64,000 nucleotides of DNA from Felis catus (lineage: Eukaryota): positions 228,472,001-228,536,000 of the forward strand of contig NC_058368.1 in NCBI RefSeq assembly GCF_018350175.1, in the 5' to 3' direction. Each line of letters starts with the position of its first letter. The stretch's first letter is position 1. A model generated the notes under the pieces. That model saw nothing but the letters and a program-made list of their open reading frames with translations, was not told the DNA's origin and searched no databases. Positions 39,351 through 51,548 of this stretch are shown in pieces. Both the position numbers and the translations under genes were made by a program.

Positions 39351-39967
39351 TGTATTAGTTTGTTGGGGCTGCCATAACAACCAACTATCACAGACTGTGT
39401 GACTTAATCAGGTGACTTAAACAATAGAAATTTATTTTCTTACAATTCTGGAGGCTAGAAGTCTGAGATCAAGATGTTAGTAGGGTTGATTTCTTCTGAG
39501 GTCTCCCTCCTTGACTTCTAGATGGCTGCCTTCTTCTGATGTCCTCACATGATCTTCCCATTATGCATATCTATGTTCTAATCTCTTCTTAAAATGGCAC
39601 CAGTTGTATTGGATTAAGACTCACCCTAATAATCTCATTGTAACTAAATGACCTTTAAAATTTTTTTAAGTGTTTTTTTATTTTTGAGACAGAGAGAGAC
39701 AGAGTAGAACTGGGGAGGGGCAGAGAGAGAGGGAGACTCAGAATCTGAAGCAGGCTCCAGGCTCTGAGCTGTCAGCACAGAGAGCGACATGGGGCTTGAA
39801 CCCACATTGTGAGATCATGACCTGAGCCAAAATTGGACACTTAACTGACTGAGCCACCCAGCTGCCCCCTTAATGATCTTTTTAAAAAGTCTATCTCCAA
39901 ATACAGTAACATTCTGAGGTACTAGCAGTTATGAATTTTGGAAGGGACACAATTCAGCCCCTAACAA
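39351..39967 (-). mobile_element. MLT1 solo LTR interrupted by a SINE
   Basis: tgtattagtttgttggggctgccataaca ... gggacacaattcagcccctaaca termini. Confidence 0.88.
39655..39869 (-). mobile_element. Can-SINE
   Basis: Typical body; TSD AATGA(C/T)CTTT. Confidence 0.93.
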
Positions 39968-40579
39968 GAAGATAAAAAACACCTAGTTTCCTTAAGTAAC
40001 AAAACTCAGAAAAAGAATTTCCAGACCCCGAAACAGTGCTGGGGAGTATGCATACTAAGGACTAAGGTCTGCACATTGAGAGTCTTAGGAAAAGTGTTAA
40101 TATAACTCAAAAGCCCTGCTATCTCTGTAAGCCATCTTGGTCTAGGTGAGCTGGTTTATTACCTGGCATCAGATGGGAAGGAGAAAAGCCCCATAGACAG
40201 CTAAAAGTGTACATGGATTTGTTCCCCTTCACACATGTTATATAACAGGCTCTGTTTTAGTTGCTGTAGATTTAGCAATGAACAGGCAGAGAAGGTCCTT
40301 GTTCTTGTGAAACATATTTTAGTAGGGAAACTAAATCTATATGGAAACAAGAAAACAAGATAATTTTATATAATGATCAGTACTTTATGGTAATATAAAA
40401 GATGATATTTGAGTTGGTTCTAATTTAGTGACAGAGAGACAGGGCAAGAGTTTTCTGAGACCGGCGTGACAAGAAGAGCCATTCGTGGATGAAGGAGTAT
40501 GTACTTTCCTATGTTTAATTTATTTTTCCCACCTTATTAAAAATTATTTGAGATAGCTTTAAAAATACCTTGCATGGTA

Positions 40580-40583
<4 letters not shown>

Positions 40584-40621
<38 letters not shown>
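40584..40621. repeat. (AC)n microsatellite
   Basis: Read directly. Confidence 0.95.
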
Positions 40622-40622
<1 letters not shown>

Positions 40623-40624
40623 CC

Positions 40625-41090
40625 CTTCACATTTCTTACTCCTCTTGGCATCTATACCTTTTGCAGTGTGATTTTATAGCTCTTCCTATTAAGAAGTAGT
40701 CTATTTCCCCTTTGAATCTGGGCTGGCTTTGTGACTTGTTTTGCCAACAGAACACTACAAAAGTGATGTAGTAGTTCTAAGCCTAAATCTCAAGACGTTG
40801 CATAATTCTGCATTCTGTCTTGGTACTCATCATGAGAATATACACTTGGCCTGGTACCTCAGCATCCAGCCAGTGTCAGATATGTTCTAACGTATCCTAG
40901 ACAAGCCAGCTCCCATATAACACTCTAGGTGACCTCAGATACATGTGTAAATTAATTGAGATCAACCAATCTGGCCTAGACCTGACGAACCAGCAAATGA
41001 CCTATAGACGATTACTTATATATTAATTGCTTGTTATTTTAAGCCACTGCGTTTTGGTAGTTTGTTATGCAGCAACAGCTAACGGATACA
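40625..41090 (+). mobile_element. Old MLT1 LTR
   Basis: ttgaatctgggctggctttgtgacttg and terminal ttttaagccactgcgttttggtagtttgttatgcagcaacagctaacggataca. Confidence 0.7.
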
Positions 41091-41124
41091 TGTGATAAAA
41101 TCACCTTTGAAAATGAAAGTAGAT

Positions 41125-43030
41125 ATTCAATGCAATCCCCATCAAAATTCCAGCAATTTATTTTGTAGGTATTAACAAACTGATTCTAAATTTTGTATGG
41201 AGATTGAAAGATCCAGCATAGTCAACACAATATTGATGGAAAAGAACAAAGTTGGAGGACTGATGCTACTTGATGTAACAACTTACTGTAAAATTACAGT
41301 AGTCAAGACAGTGTGGTATTGGTGAAAGAACAGACAAATAGATCAATAGAACAGAATAGAAAGCCCAGAAATATACCCACATAAATATAGTCCACTGATC
41401 TCTGACAAAGGAGCAAAGGCAGTTCAATGGAGCAAAAATATTTTTTTCAATGAATGGTGCCGGGACAGCTGGGAAATCCACATGCAAAAAGATGAATATA
41501 GACACAGACCTTATACCCTTCACAAAAATGAACTTAAAATGGACGATAAACTTAAATATAAAGCAAAATCACAGGGACACCTAGGTGGTTCTGTCAGTTA
41601 AGTGGTTAAGCGTCTGACTCTTGATTTCAGCTCAGGTCATGATCTCACTGTCATATCGAGTCCTGTGTTTGACTTCACACTGGGTGTGGAGCCTGCATAA
41701 GATTCTTTCTCTCTCCCTCAGACCCTCCACTGCTCACATGTATGCACGTGTTCTTTCTCTCTCTCTCTCTAAAAAAGACCCCATAAAATTCTTGAAAGGT
41801 AATATAGGAGAAAACCTGCATTGCTTTGGATGTGGTGATGAATTTTTAGATACACCACCAAAGGCACAACTATGAAAGAAATAATTGATAAGCTGGATTT
41901 CATTAAAACGAAAAACTTTTGTTCTGCAAAAGACAAAATCAAAAGCATTAGAAGACAAGCCACAGATGGAAAGAAAATATTTGCAAAAGACACATCTGAT
42001 GTAGGACTGGTATTAAAAAACTGTAAGGAAATTTTAAAACTTGGCAACAAAAAACCATAGAGTTCAACTTAAAAATGGGCCAAAAAAACCTTAACAGACA
42101 CCTCGCCAAAGAAGGTGTATAGATGGCAAATAAGCATATGAAGAGATACTGCACATCATATGTCATCAGGGAAATGCAAATTAAAGCAACAATGAGATAC
42201 CACTACAAACCTATTAGAATGGCCAGAGCCCAGAACCCTGACAGCACCAAATACTGACAGGATGTGGAACAATAAGAACTCCCATCCATCGCTAGTGGGA
42301 ATGGAAAATGGTATAGTCACTTCTGGAAGACAGTTTTTGAGTTTTGCATAAAACTAAACATCCTCTTACTGCACAATCCAGAAATCATGTTCCTTGGTAT
42401 TTATCCAAAGGAGTTAAAAACTTATGCCCGCACAAAAACCTGTACACAGGTGTTTATACTAGTTTTATTCATATTTGTCAAAACTTGGAAGCAACAAAGA
42501 TATCTTTCAGTAGGTGAATGAACAAATAAACTGTGGTACATCCAGATAGCGGAACATTATTCAGTGATTTAAAAAAAAAATCAAGCCATAAAAAGACATG
42601 GAAGAAAGTTAAATGCATATTACTAAATGATCAAAGGTGAAAAGGCTATATACTATATGATTTCAATTCTGTAACCTTCTGGAAAATATAAAACTATGGA
42701 GACAGTAAAACTACCAATGGTCACCAGGGCTTGGTGAAAGGAAGGGATGAACAGGCAGAGCACTGAGAAAACAGGGCAGTGTCTACACCATAATGATGCA
42801 TTCATGTCATTATACATTTGTTCAATCCCATAGATGTACAGTAGAAAGAATGAACACTAATGTAAACTATTTACTTTTGATAATCACAGTGTGTCAATAT
42901 AGGTTTATTAATTGTAGCAAAAGTACCATTCTGGTGAGGGATATTTACAAAGGCGAAGGTTCTGTGTGGGGGCAAGGAATGCACGGAAAATCTCTGTAAT
43001 TTCCTCTCAGTTTTGCTGTGAATCTAAAAT
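41125..43030 (+). mobile_element. 5'-truncated L1 (ORF2 3' part and 3' UTR, L1MC-like), decayed
   Basis: ttcaatgcaatccccatcaaaattcca (FNAIPIKIP), DKLDFIKTKNFCSAKD, gaaatgcaaattaaagcaacaatgagataccac; 3' UTR ends ttttgctgtgaatctaaaattgctc. Confidence 0.88.
41573..41775 (+). mobile_element. Can-SINE nested in L1
   Basis: gggacacctaggtgg...ttcagctcaggtcatgatctc...(CT)n AAAAAA. Confidence 0.88.
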
Positions 43031-43186
43031 TGCTCCAAAAACAAACAAACAAAAAATAAAGTCGTTGAATACAAATCCCCCCAAGCTAAAAATAAAGATA
43101 GAAAAAAATAAATTAAATCCAGAGAAAAGTGAGAGTAAAAAGCATACCATACAAAATCCATGCATTTGTTAGAGGTGAGTCAAATA

Positions 43187-43410
43187 CTTATTTATTTAAT
43201 TTTTTTAAGTTTATTTACTTTTATTTTAGAGATAGACAAAGTGCACATGCAGGGGAGGGACAGAGAGAGAGAGATTGAGAGAGAGAATCTCAAGCAGGCT
43301 CCATGCTGTCAGCACAGAGTCTGACTCAGGGCTCGAACCCACCAACTATGAGATATGACCTGAGCTGAAACTGAGTTAGCTGCTCAACTGACTGAACAAT
43401 CCAGGCGCCG
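43187..43410 (-). mobile_element. Can-SINE
   Basis: Typical body; TSD AGTCAAATA. Confidence 0.92.
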
Positions 43411-43639
43411 CAAGTCAAATATTTAGTTCTGAGCTGCACAACAACGGATAGGAAGAGGACCAGGCCATCTGTTATCTGATACATAATATTCACAGGGTAG
43501 CAGTAAGCCAATTACAACTATGCTTTTAATATTTCTAATAAATATCTGAGTGCAATTATTCTGCATTGGAAATTGAGGAAGAAATGAAGTAAATAACGTA
43601 ACTCTGCTGGTTTTTTCCTTCATTTATTAAAAAAATTCT

Positions 43640-44565
43640 TTTTAAGTTTTTATTTAAAATCTAGTGAACATACAATGTAACATTAGTGTCAGGTGTACAA
43701 TTTAGTGATCCCACACTTCTACACAACACCTGGTGCTCATCACCCACTTAACCCATGCCCCACCCCACCCCTCTGGTGACCATCAGTTTGTTCCCTATAG
43801 TTTGGTCTGCCTCCCACTCATTTGTCCCCCTAAGATCATCTGTTTTGTTTCTTACATTCCACATACAGTCAAACCTTGGTTTGGGAGCACAATTTGTCCT
43901 GGAAACAAACTTGTCATCCAAAGCATTCTTATATCAAAGCGAATTTCCAGAACCAATGTCTCAGTTGTGATCAAGTGACATTCGGTAACACGTGCTACTC
44001 ATATTGCAAGACATTGCTCGTTTATCAAGTTAAAATTTGTTAGAAATGTTTGCTTGTCTTGTGGAACACTTGCAGAACAAATTACTCACAAGTCAAGGTT
44101 TTACTGTATAAGTGAAATCATATTGTCTTTCTCTGACTTATTTCACTCAGCATGATACACTCTAGTTCCATCCATGTTGTTGCAAATGGCAAGATTTTAT
44201 TCTTTTGACTGCTAAGTAGTATTCCATTGTATGTATGTATGTATATATATCCTTTATCCATTCATTAGTTGATGGATATTTGGACTCTTTGCATAATTTC
44301 GCTATTGTTGATAGTGCTGCAATAAACATTGGGTACATGTGCCCCTTTGAATCAGCATTTTTGTATCCTTTGGATGAATACCTAGGAGTGCGATTGCTGG
44401 GTTTTAGGGTAGTTCTATTTTTAATTTTTTGAGGAACTTCCATACTGTTCTCCAGAATGGCTGCATCAGTTTGCATTCCCAGCAAAGGATTCTCCACATC
44501 CTCATCAACACTTCTTGTTTCTTGTGTTGTTGATTTTAGCTATTCTGACAAGTGTGAGGTGATAT
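43640..44565 (-). mobile_element. L1 3' end (carnivoran-type), interrupted by a MITE
   Basis: ORF2 C-terminal MFIAALSTIAKL...MEYYLAVK on the minus strand; 3' UTR acacaacacctggtgctcatcac. Confidence 0.85.
43866..44106. mobile_element. TcMar-Tigger/pogo-type MITE (241 bp)
   Basis: TIRs CAGTCAAACCTTG ... CAAGGTTTTACTG with TA duplicated on each side; L1 sequence resumes across it. Confidence 0.85.
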
Positions 44566-45986
44566 CTTTTTAGATTTTAATCATGGTTCTCTTTTCAATT
44601 TTTCCAGAGAGGTTTTGATAACTCCACGGCATTTTTCTACTGCTCTTTTACATTCTAACCTTTTCTTCCTCCTTCATTTATGTTCCATATTATTTTTCTT
44701 GCCTTTCTTTATTTCCCTCTGTTTCTCTTCATTAGTAAAGAGCCAAAAAGTTTAGAAAGGCAACTTTAGCACTGGAAGGTATTTGGTCAGGATTAATAGG
44801 TGACAATAATCCTAATTATAATTTAAGTCTTCTCCAAAATGTATTTAGATACATGACATTTCATGCCACTCATTATATAAGATGCTCCAGTAGTTAATGA
44901 ACTTCCCTATTTCATGGATTTATCATATATAATACTAATTAGAATTAATATATCACTTACTAATCAGTAAATACACCAAGAGAAATGTTTGTATCATAAC
45001 CCTAGCAATTATTTACTAACAAGCTTAGAAATATATCACCAGCATATTTCAAAAAATTTGGAATATGTGCTAACAAGTATCACTGTCCTTCATGTTTCTT
45101 ATGGGATAATCACCACATTTTACCTCAGAAAACTTCCTGAATTTTCAGCTTCAGCAGTCAGCTCTTCATTGAAAATCATTTTTTAAAAAATGCATGCTTG
45201 TCAAATGCCAATACTGGCTACAACCAGACAGGATTGGGTGGCCAGAGTGGTAGTTGCTCGAACACGAAGACAAATTAGCTGTTATGTGCCAATAACATAA
45301 ATTGCTATTGGCTATGTTCATGTCTCTATTCCAGTCTATCAGTCTTGGGGAAATAAGGTGTTAAGGACACCCTGAGGACCTGAGAGGAGGCAGCTGGTCG
45401 GAAAATTGGACATGCACAAATCTAATATATATTTTAGTGACATGGAGAATTCTCAGAGATCCACTGTGGAGTGAGGACTTGACTAGGAACTTAGATATTA
45501 AAGCATACAAATTAAACAGTATAAAAATGTCCCTTCTCTTTCTGAGTCGTATATTAAAGCAGGTGATTATTTTTAATAGTCTATAAAAACAGTGAAAAAA
45601 GTCTTTGGCTGAGCAGTTGAAAGGAGTTGCATCTCAGTAACCCTTTCCGGCTCTGTTGATGTCCTTCTCTTTGTTTATTTTAATTAGGGTGGGAGTTTTA
45701 GGGTAGACACTCAGAGGCAATGTTGTGTTACAAATAGTTGATAAAGAGCCTCAGGAAGGTTCTACTTTGTGATCTTATGTCATGAAGGAAAAAGTTGAGA
45801 TGTTACAATAGAGAGCCCAGGAGGTTTGGAGTGAGGGGACCTACAAGAATGGACCCTAGCCACATTTCCACACATCCTCACTCAGCTTTAGGTGTGGGTC
45901 AGTGGGCTGACTTCTGAATTCCTGATGGCGAGGGAAGGAAGAGAAGTGGAGATAAAAGAGGAAAGGAGAGGAAAGCAAAAGCGGAA

Positions 45987-46420
45987 TGTGGTAGGTAGGC
46001 TCCGAGATGGCCCCCAGTGACCCCTGACACCTGGTACTTGCAACCCTACACAAGCCCCTTGACAGTGGTCTCATTGATGGACATGTTTCTAAGGGAGAGA
46101 CTACGGCGGAAGGCAAGTCACTTCCATGATTAGATTATAAAATGTGGCTTCTGTCTTGGGCACCCTCTCTCCTTCTCTCTCTCAGAGCCCTCACTCTGGG
46201 AGAAGCAATTTTCCACGTGGCAAAGAGTTAGACGGAGAGTCCCATATGGCAAGAAATTGGTATCTTTGGCCACTGGCCAATGAGGGCCTGAGCCCTGCCA
46301 ACAGTCATGTGAGTGTTCTTGGACGAGGATCCTCCCACATTCAAGCCTGAAGGTGAGATGACTCCAGTCGCTGCTGATACCTTAACTGCAGCCTTGTGGG
46401 AGACCCTGAGCCACAGGCTT
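45987..46420 (+). mobile_element. MLT1 (E/F-like) LTR fragment
   Basis: tgtggtaggtaggctccgagatggccccc...gctgataccttaactgcagccttgtgggagaccctgagc. Confidence 0.75.
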
Positions 46421-46423
46421 AAA

Positions 46424-46659
46424 TCTATCAATATCTATATCATCTATATCTATATCATCTATATCTATATCTATATCTATATCTATATCTATATCTATAT
46501 CTATATCTATATCTATCTATATATATCTATCTGTATCTCTATATCTATATCTGTCTATCTATATCTATATCTATATCTATATCTATAGCTATAGCTATAT
46601 CATCTCTATGTATCTATCATCTATCTCTGTATCTCTATCATCTATCTATCTATTATCTG

Positions 46660-46709
<50 letters not shown>

Positions 46710-46710
46710 A
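46424..46710. repeat. Compound (TCTATA)n/(TATC)n microsatellite
   Basis: Read directly. Confidence 0.95.
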
Positions 46711-47210
46711 TGTATAGATTTATTGTAGGAATTGGCTCAGATAGTTGTGGAGGCTGACAAGTCCCACAATCTGCACTTTGCAGGATGGAGTTCCAGGAAA
46801 GCTGGTAGTGTGATTCAGTGTAAGTCCGCAGGCTTGGAGGCCGATGGTGTTAAGTTCTGATTTGGAGGGCGCCTGGGTGGCTCAGTCAGTTAAGCGTCTG
46901 ACTTCGGCTCAGGTCATGGTCTCCCAGTTCACAAGTTCTAGCTTCTCATTGGCTTTGTGCTGACAGCTAGGAGCCTGGAGCCTGCTTCAGATTCTGTCTG
47001 TCTGTCTCTCTCTCTCCTCCCCTCCCCCACTCATGCGCTTGCTCTCTCTCTCTCTCTCTCAAAAATAATTTTAAAAAATATTTAAAAAATAAAAAAAAAA
47101 TCCTGATTTGGGTCTGAAAGTCTGAGAAACAGGAGCACCAAAGGAGCACCAATATCTAGAAGCAGCAGATATCTCCGTTCAAGCAGAGAGTGAATTCACC
47201 CTTCTTTTAA
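46711..47210. mobile_element. MLT2 (ERV-L LTR) fragment interrupted by a SINE
   Basis: gatttattgtaggaattggctca...gtggaggctgacaagtcccacaatctgc...ccaggaaagctggt. Confidence 0.75.
46867..47100 (+). mobile_element. Can-SINE
   Basis: Typical body; TSD (T/C)CTGATTTGG. Confidence 0.93.
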
Positions 47211-48486
47211 CTTTTTGTCTTTTTATTCTATTGTTTTATCGACACAACTATGTGTTATAGTTTGAGGTTTTAAGAAACTAATCTTTGTAGCCTTGTGGGT
47301 ATGCTGCTCCTTTGAAACCTGAGCCTTTCAGCAATACCAAACGTTCCCTACCTCTTAGTTATACATCACTCATCAATCTCTATTATCAGTCAATCTTTTG
47401 AGGGAATTATGATATTTGTAATAGATTTCATTGTTACAGTCCATTAAGCTTATCTGCATATGAGTTTAATATGCTCTCACACATCAGCAAATTGGCTCAA
47501 TTCATTGGCTCATCATCATTGGCTCACTTTTCTTTTGTATTTTTCTGCTACATGTTATATATATGAAATGAGTAATGCCCTAGTCAATGTATACAAGGCA
47601 CTATCTGTGTTAGTTGTATTGTTAGTCCCTCCCTCGCAACTGGCATTACTTTTATGAGATGACACCAACCCCCTTATTAAGTCGCATCTTCCTTTGTTTG
47701 TGCCTTGTTCCATTAAGAAATCTGCAGTGTTTTACTTTCCTTGCCAATTCAGAACCTAGCAACCATACATGGTAGGAAGGTTCTTGGTTTTAGAAAAGAA
47801 ATAAGGACTTGGTGCATTTCTGGCATTTATTTGGACAGCATGTTTCATCACTGTGCCTCAAAAGCATGGCACAAGCTTTGTCCAACGTGTTGGATCATGA
47901 AAAGAGGAAATAAGAATAGATTTTCACGTATTTTTAAGTGAAGTAATAGCCAAATAACTACATGGTTCGCTGCTTTTGGTTATGTTCACAGATGAAAGAA
48001 AGCAGGATTTTTACGGCAAACCAGTTTGTCTATTCTGCCCTTCATGCTGAGCTCATTGTTTCTGTGGGAGGAAGGATTTCTTAAAAGTTGTGGGATGCTC
48101 TGGATCTAGATTCTTCTCAACTTTTTCTGTGCACTTGCAATGCATCTAATTCTGAAATGTGTCAAGAACAGATCTGCCAAATAATTAAGTGAAAAATAAT
48201 TTAAATCTGGCCCTCAAAGTACCTGGCCATTAGAAATGGCATTTCATTGGAAGCTATAAATTATAGTAATAACTCTGAGTTTAATCTAACAACTGGTTAC
48301 AAAAAATTCATTTAAAACAGAATTTAAATATTTCAATATTGGAATTTTCTCTTAGGTTTTCCCCCCATACCCGCTCTGGAAATTGCATTTTCTCTCATGC
48401 AGTTTTACAGTCTGCATGACAGTGGTTTCATAAGACAAGGTATGTCAGTTAAAGGGAAGCTAGTTTGTTGTTTTTTTCTGAAACCA

Positions 48487-48488
<2 letters not shown>

Positions 48489-48541
<53 letters not shown>
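48489..48541. repeat. Pure T53 homopolymer
   Basis: Read directly. Confidence 0.9.
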
Positions 48542-48544
<3 letters not shown>

Positions 48545-49070
48545 GAATTACATGCAACATCTTCCAACATCTTCAAGGAAGCATCTGGACTATGGTTATA
48601 GATGAACATTTCTCATTTCATTGTCTGAATACAAAGCCATTTATAGGGCAACTTATCACATAAACACCCCTTGGCATCTTATAATAGAAATCAATAACAC
48701 AGCAAAAAAGAAGACAGATGTGATTTAACCATATGCTATACCAAAAGAAAATAAAAGATATCCTGTGAACTTCCTAAAACTTTCTGTATACTATTAGTTA
48801 CCTTGCATCGATGCCTGATGTATACATTCAATTTTCATTAGTCTTTGGCAAAAGGAGAGTAAAATATTTGTTTTCTTTTTTTAAACACAAAAAGCATGAA
48901 ATACTTAATAGAAAGACTAGAAAGAAAATAATCATTTTTAGATACATAAAACACTTTCAAATTTCTTAACTGTTTTTAAATGCACTGTCATTCATTGAGA
49001 TAGGAAGAAATGCTTTTGAGACATGAAAAGAAGTGGGGTAGGGGCCCATTTATCAAGAAGTAGAAGTCTA

Positions 49071-49191
49071 GAGGCACCTGGGTGGCTCAGTCGATTGAGG
49101 ATCCAACTCTCGATACCGGCTCAGGTCATGATCCCAGAGTTGTGGGATCGAGCCCAGTATTGGGCTTTGCGCTGAGTGGAAACTGCTTGGG

Positions 49192-49241
<50 letters not shown>

Positions 49242-49284
49242 CCTCCCTCCCTCTCTCCCTCCCTCTCTCTCTCTCTCTCTCTCT

Positions 49285-49319
<35 letters not shown>

Positions 49320-49345
49320 CTTCTCAAATGAAAAAAAAGACACAA
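49071..49345 (+). mobile_element. Can-SINE with expanded (CT)n/(CCCT)n
   Basis: Typical head; about 125 bp pyrimidine tract; TSD AAGTCTAG. Confidence 0.93.
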
Positions 49346-50459
49346 AAGTCTAGGAAGAAACAGAAAATTATTGTCTATTCTGAAGTGTGGCCCAGGTAGG
49401 GAGATAGACGGACAGGTGCGGCAAGCTGATGGTTCTAGAAAGAGAAGGTGTGAGGTGGGAGAGCAGTGCCCAGGACCTGAGAGTATCAATACAGCTGATA
49501 CTTTGGACCAGGGTAAGACCCCAGCACTGAAGAGAGAGTGGTTCTATCCCCGTCCCAGTCAGGGTAGCGCTGCCTCCTCAGGGTAGCTCAGCCAGATGGT
49601 GGCTGAGGCAAAAATGGCAGTGGAGACCCTTGAACACCAACAGTGACCTGAAGAGGGTCTAAATGGCATCATTTAGGAAAGAAGGGTCTAAGTGGTAAGG
49701 AAGCTAACATGCTTGGACAGTCAAATTTGGAGAAGACACACTAAGACCTAATATAACCTTCCGACCTTGGGCAGCTGGGGCAGAAGAAAGGAGCTGGGAT
49801 CCCCAGGACTGAGTTAACAGTAGTGGCCGCACCACGAGACTGGCAGTTTTCTCCTGATTGTCCCTCAAGGACTCCACAGGTCATTATTCTGTCTAGCTAC
49901 CTTGAGGACAAGGTGATGCTGTCTAATAGTTATGCCAGCCCTCAAAATAATTCCAGTCACTGGTATTGTGGAAGTCCCCAGTTAGAGATGGCAAATACCT
50001 GATTTGTGTTCTCATGGTAAGAGAAAACCTGGTCAAGCACCCCATCAGCTCTTACAATAATGACTGGCTGATACTCTCCTTTCCATTTCACAACTTTTTC
50101 TTTTACCCCGGATATCCATCCCCACACTTCCTTCAATTTCTTTTATTATTTAGTATCACATTCACAGGAGGTCAACTTGGGTTTTTTGTTTTCTTTTAGT
50201 ACACTTAGCATTTGTTCTTATAATTCACATTTACTTTTGTGATTTTGTTGAAACAAAAAGAAGAAAACTTTTAAAATATTATTTTAAATTTATAAAATAA
50301 AAAGCCACAATCTCACTAGTCACTTGTAATTTTGCATTTACTTGCAAATACTAGAGGGGACAACTTTTCCCTTTGCTTCAGCTCTTTTGAAACATGATCC
50401 TTTTTCTAGATGAAGAATTAAGAATCTGGGACTTGTCTCCTTGTCTTCTGTTTTATATT

Positions 50460-51548
50460 ATACATCTTTATTGAGATATAATTCATATACCATAAATTTT
50501 TCCCCTTTAAAGTGTACTGTCTTTGCAGTGGTTTTTAAATGTATCACAAATTGTATAACTATCATCACTATCTACTTCCAGAAAATTTTAATCACCCTCA
50601 AAATTAACCTTATACCCATTAGCCAATTCCTTTCTTCCCCAACCCCTGGCAACCACTAATCTACTTTATGTTTCTCTGGATCTTCCTCTTCTGAGATTTC
50701 ATATAAATGGGATCATATACTATGTGATCTTTGGGTTTGGGTCTTGCTTCTTTCATTTAATGCAATTTTTTCAAGGCTCATCCATGTTTTAACAAGTATC
50801 AGTACTTCATTTCTCTAGCTGGATAATATTCCAATGGATGGATATAACATTGTGTTTATTCATTCATCAGTTCGTGGACATTTGGGTCATTTTTGCCTTT
50901 TGGCTATCGTCAATAATGCTAATATGGACATTCATGAACATATTTTTTTGGTGGTTATGTTTTCATTTATCTTGGATATAGCCTTTGTTAGTTTCCTAGG
51001 GCTGCCATAAACTACCATGGATCAGGTGACCTAAATACCAGAAGTTTATGTTGTCATAGTTGTGGAGGCTGGGTGTTCAAGATCAAGGTGTCTGCAGATC
51101 AAGGTGTCTGAGGCTTCTCTCCCTGGACTTTCTGCCACAGCCTTTTTGCTGTGTCCTCGTATGTTCTTCCCTTAGTCACTGTGTTGTCTGTGTCCTGATC
51201 TCTTCTTATAAGGACACCACTCATACTAGGTTAGAGCCTGCCCTAAAGAACTCATTTTAACTTAATTACCCCTTTGAAGACCTTATCTCCAGATAGGGTT
51301 ATACTTTTAGGTACTAGGAGTTAAGACTCCAACATAAAAATTTTGAGGGGACACAATTAAGCCCATAGCATATACTTAGAAGGGAAATTATTGGGTCATA
51401 TGGTAGCTCTAGTTAGCCTTTAGAGGAACAGTCAGTTTTCAAAGCAGCTGCACCATTATACATTTCCACCCGCAATGCAGAAGGGATTCCAGTTTCTCCA
51501 CATCCTCACCAACACTTGTTGTTTTCTGTATTTTAGATTATTGCCATT
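50460..51548 (-). mobile_element. L1M 3' end split by MLT1
   Basis: tttattgagatataattcatataccat...cccctggcaaccactaatctact; resumes at 51372 atacttagaagggaaattattgggtcatatgg. Confidence 0.85.
50985..51370 (-). mobile_element. MLT1 solo LTR nested in L1
   Basis: ttagtttcctagggctgccata ... gggacacaattaagcccatagca. Confidence 0.85.

Noticed and set aside
49068..49489. ORFs with ER/SL repeats (and similar SINE-spanning ORFs across the window)
   Set aside because: Translations of SINE bodies and microsatellites.
51080..51110. Short tandem duplication AGATCAAGGTGTCTG inside MLT1
   Set aside because: Ordinary local slippage or repair event with no sign of function.
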